Part shown: in pieces, positions 35,344-37,461 of the stretch | How positions within the stretch are numbered: the first letter of the stretch is position 1 | Layout: each line of letters opens with the position of its first letter | DNA from: an uncultured Bdellovibrionales bacterium | GTDB lineage: Bacteria; Patescibacteriota; Minisyncoccia; Moranbacterales; DUUL01 | Direction: 5' to 3' | DNA length: 37,461 bases | Assembly: GCA_964406325.1 (NCBI GenBank) | Contig: CAYORE010000018.1 | Location: 1-37,461 of the forward strand | Program-made: the position numbers and the translations under genes | Notes under the pieces: model-generated | Database searches by the model: none | Told to the model about the DNA's origin: nothing | What the model saw: only the letters and a program-made list of their open reading frames with translations

Positions 35344-36789
35344 ATGATTGTTGAAGTATTTGCAAAATTTACAAATTTTTTAAAAGATAAGAAATTATTG
35401 ACAATTTTTTTGTTTGTTTTTTTGCTAAGCCCGATTATTGCTTTGGGAAAAACTTGTTATGTGGACGAAGGGGAACATAGTGGAGACGGCAGTAAAGATA
35501 AGCCCTACCGGACGATAAGCAAGGCATTAAGTAAAGGATGCGACAAAATTAAAGTAGCCGGCGGTTCTTATTCGGAAAGAATTACCATCCCCGCCGGTGT
35601 CAGTTTGGAGGGTAAGGGAAGTAAAACAAAAATTAAAGATAAGGTATTTATGTCAGATGATACCGAAGTGGAAGATTTAAGTATTGAAAATGGTGGTATC
35701 GTAGTGACTAAAAATGCCAAAGTTAAAATTAATAAAGTAAAAATAGAAGATTCTCATACCGGCATAGAAACGGAAGGGGGCGGAAAAGTTACGGTGGTAA
35801 ATTCAACCATCAGTCATAACGGCAAGGGTCTTTATTTGCGTTATGGAACAGACGTTGACTTAAGAAACAGTAAAATCACTCACAATAAAGAAGAAGGGGT
35901 GGATATTCGTGCCAATGTGGATGGGATTATTACCGGCAATGCCATCGATAGTAATAAAGAAGGGGGGATAGAGGTAATCGCCGGCAAGTCTCAATTAACT
36001 ATCAGTAATAACAGTATTCGTTACAATAAAGCCAGTGGAATTGCCATTCAATTTTATAAAGAGAATAGTGGTTTGGGCGGATTAAAAATAGCGGGGAACA
36101 CTTTAATTGGAAACGGTAATTATGGTGTTGACTGTAAAATTCCCAGCGGAGGTAATCCGGAAAAAAACTATTGGTCTAAGTCCGTTGCTTTTTCTTTTAA
36201 TAAAATTTCCGGAAACGGTAAAGGGGCTTTGGCCAAATTTTGTAAATTTAGTGTAGAGGAAATGCAACGAGCAACTAAGACGGAAGAAGAAATTAAAGAA
36301 TTGGAAAGAATAAAACAAGAAAAGAGCGAAGAGGCCAAGCGAAAATTGCGAGAAAAAATGCAAGAAGAATTAAGAAAGAAAAAAGAGGAAGAAGAGAGAG
36401 TTAAAAGAGAACAACAAAAAAGAGTTGATTTGGAATTAAAAGATAAAATTGATCAACGACGAGATGAGTATATTAAGCAGTGTAGTTATTCTCAGAACGA
36501 CCAACAAATTTTTCAGCAACAGAAAAAGTGGCAAATTTTTTTATTCGGTCCGGAGGAGGAAATAATTCAACGACGACAAGAGCGTGAAAATAAATGTCAG
36601 GAAGTTATTGTTAAACTGCAAGACAAGTTAAAGGAAATGAAAACGGAAGAAGTAAGAAAAGAGGTGGAAAGCGGTTTATTACAAGAATTAAAAAATCAAC
36701 AAGAAAAAATCAATAAAGATACGGAAGAATATAAAAATAAATTTGGACTTGTCTCCTGGTTAAAAAAAATATTCGGAAAGAGTTCGTAG
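35344..36789 (+). CDS. Secreted/anchored right-handed parallel beta-helix repeat protein (DUF1565/PbH1-like) with a charged C-terminal coiled-coil of about 190 aa
   Basis: 481 aa with an N-terminal signal/TM. GDGSKDKPYRTISKAL, then repeated ..N..I..N...GI.. beta-helix rungs, then a K/E-rich heptad-like tail. Confidence 0.7.
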   Translation: MIVEVFAKFTNFLKDKKLLTIFLFVFLLSPIIALGKTCYVDEGEHSGDGSKDKPYRTISKALSKGCDKIKVAGGSYSERITIPAGVSLEGKGSKTKIKDKVFMSDDTEVEDLSIENGGIVVTKNAKVKINKVKIEDSHTGIETEGGGKVTVVNSTISHNGKGLYLRYGTDVDLRNSKITHNKEEGVDIRANVDGIITGNAIDSNKEGGIEVIAGKSQLTISNNSIRYNKASGIAIQFYKENSGLGGLKIAGNTLIGNGNYGVDCKIPSGGNPEKNYWSKSVAFSFNKISGNGKGALAKFCKFSVEEMQRATKTEEEIKELERIKQEKSEEAKRKLREKMQEELRKKKEEEERVKREQQKRVDLELKDKIDQRRDEYIKQCSYSQNDQQIFQQQKKWQIFLFGPEEEIIQRRQERENKCQEVIVKLQDKLKEMKTEEVRKEVESGLLQELKNQQEKINKDTEEYKNKFGLVSWLKKIFGKSS

Positions 36790-36816
36790 GATTATCGGAA
36801 AGAGTTCGTAGGATTA
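36773..36816 (+). repeat. Perfect 22-bp tandem duplication spanning the stop codon of the beta-helix gene
   Basis: tcggaaagagttcgtaggatta occurs at 36773-36794 and again at 36795-36816. The TAG stop (36787-36789) lies in the first copy. Confidence 0.9.
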
Positions 36817-36914
36817 AAAGTTGAAGATGTGATTACAAACCGGTCCTGTGGAAAAGTTACTGATTTGACTCATTATTAAAAAAAATAATAAATTCCGGTT
36901 AAGATAGGCAAAAT

Positions 36915-36981
36915 AAAACAGTGGCATTCAAGCTGTTTAGCGGGGCAAATATTTCCCCGGAAACGGCACGGCTACTGTTTT
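36915..36981 (+). terminator. Compound hairpin followed by T-rich sequence (a terminator or small structured RNA)
   Basis: 11-bp outer stem aaaacagtggc/gctactgtttt (one G:T). It encloses an inner hairpin cgggg-caaatattt-ccccg and is followed by ttttattttcaatttttt. Confidence 0.45.
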
Positions 36982-37173
36982 TTATTTTCAATTTTTTATT
37001 TTTATTTTTAGGCAAAGTTAAAAGTCTAAAGTTTGGTTATTGTATTATCGGGAGATTTAAAAAAGATAATGAAAACGGAGCTCGGAAACAGTTCCATTAA
37101 AGATTTTTGGTTGAAAAAAAGAAAAAAGCGTGATAGTATCAGGATGTTAAGGATTTTTAAGATATAAAAATAA

Positions 37174-37461
37174 ATGAAAAAATTTTTTCAAAATCCCAGA
37201 CTGGTTATTTTATCCGGAACTCCCGGTACCGGAAAAACAACCCTAAGTAAAGGATTAAATGACACTCCGGGATTGCTTGATAAGTTGGCATTAACTTATT
37301 TAAGCAAGGATGTTGTAAACAATGCTTTTAGTACCGGTCGGGATAATGAAATTTATTGGAAAACCAGAAACAGTGTGTACAAGATTTTGAATAACTTGGC
37401 CCAAGAGAATTTACAACAAGGAAACAGTGTTTTAATAGAAGCAACTTATCGAGGGCAATTA
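37174..37461 (+). CDS. P-loop NTPase / AAA_33-type kinase-like protein, 5' fragment (runs off the window)
   Basis: My own translation from the ATG at 37174: MKKFFQNPRLVILSGTPGTGKTTLSKGL... It has Walker A GTPGTGKTT and stays open to the window end (96 codons). Confidence 0.6.
   Translation, partial: MKKFFQNPRLVILSGTPGTGKTTLSKGLNDTPGLLDKLALTYLSKDVVNNAFSTGRDNEIYWKTRNSVYKILNNLAQENLQQGNSVLIEATYRGQL

Noticed and set aside
1-37461. Alternative genetic code (UGA recoding, as in some CPR lineages)
   Set aside because: Full-length conserved proteins (GyrA, ValRS, FtsK, RNase J) are obtained with standard stops. TGA also terminates the nrdG-like ORF at the expected length.

Overview
AT-rich, gene-dense 37.5-kb bacterial chromosomal segment. 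It is dominated by housekeeping genes: RNase J, SecG, GreA, GyrA, ribosomal protein L19, FtsK, ValRS, a Dus-type tRNA-dihydrouridine synthase, an HtrA-like protease, Hsp20, PGI/PMI and PMI-type sugar isomerases, and an NrdG-like activase. Five tRNA genes are present: Glu-UUC, Pro-UGG, Val-UAC, Leu-GAG and His-GUG. Several features suggest a small-genome, possibly CPR/Patescibacteria-like organism, but this is inference only: low-complexity extensions on RNase J, L19 and Hsp20, many small membrane or orphan proteins, and a DUF5663-like protein. The standard genetic code appears to be in use. I see no rRNA, CRISPR array, transposase, integrase or recognisable defence gene. The most unusual structure is the gene-free interval between the convergent tRNA-Pro and tRNA-Val genes (about 17.47-18.41 kb). 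Each tRNA is followed by a second copy of its own T-loop-to-3'-end segment plus terminator, separated from the first copy by an 80-100 nt GC-rich insert. The two modules have nearly identical periods (163 and 162 bp), a shared CCGGCCCG..AGGG motif at the junction, and an extended helix. They flank about 470 bp of non-coding DNA that carries two 24-28 bp palindromes. Other items worth a second look are listed in the findings: a tandem pair of membrane-anchored paralogs sharing a Cys-containing C-terminal domain; a tandem pair of very basic RGG-rich orphan proteins; a 510-aa orphan next to a DUF5663-like gene; a GC-rich structured leader upstream of a small membrane protein; several short tandem repeats; and a recurring intergenic motif. 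All functional calls come from reading the supplied translations for family motifs. No database search was run.
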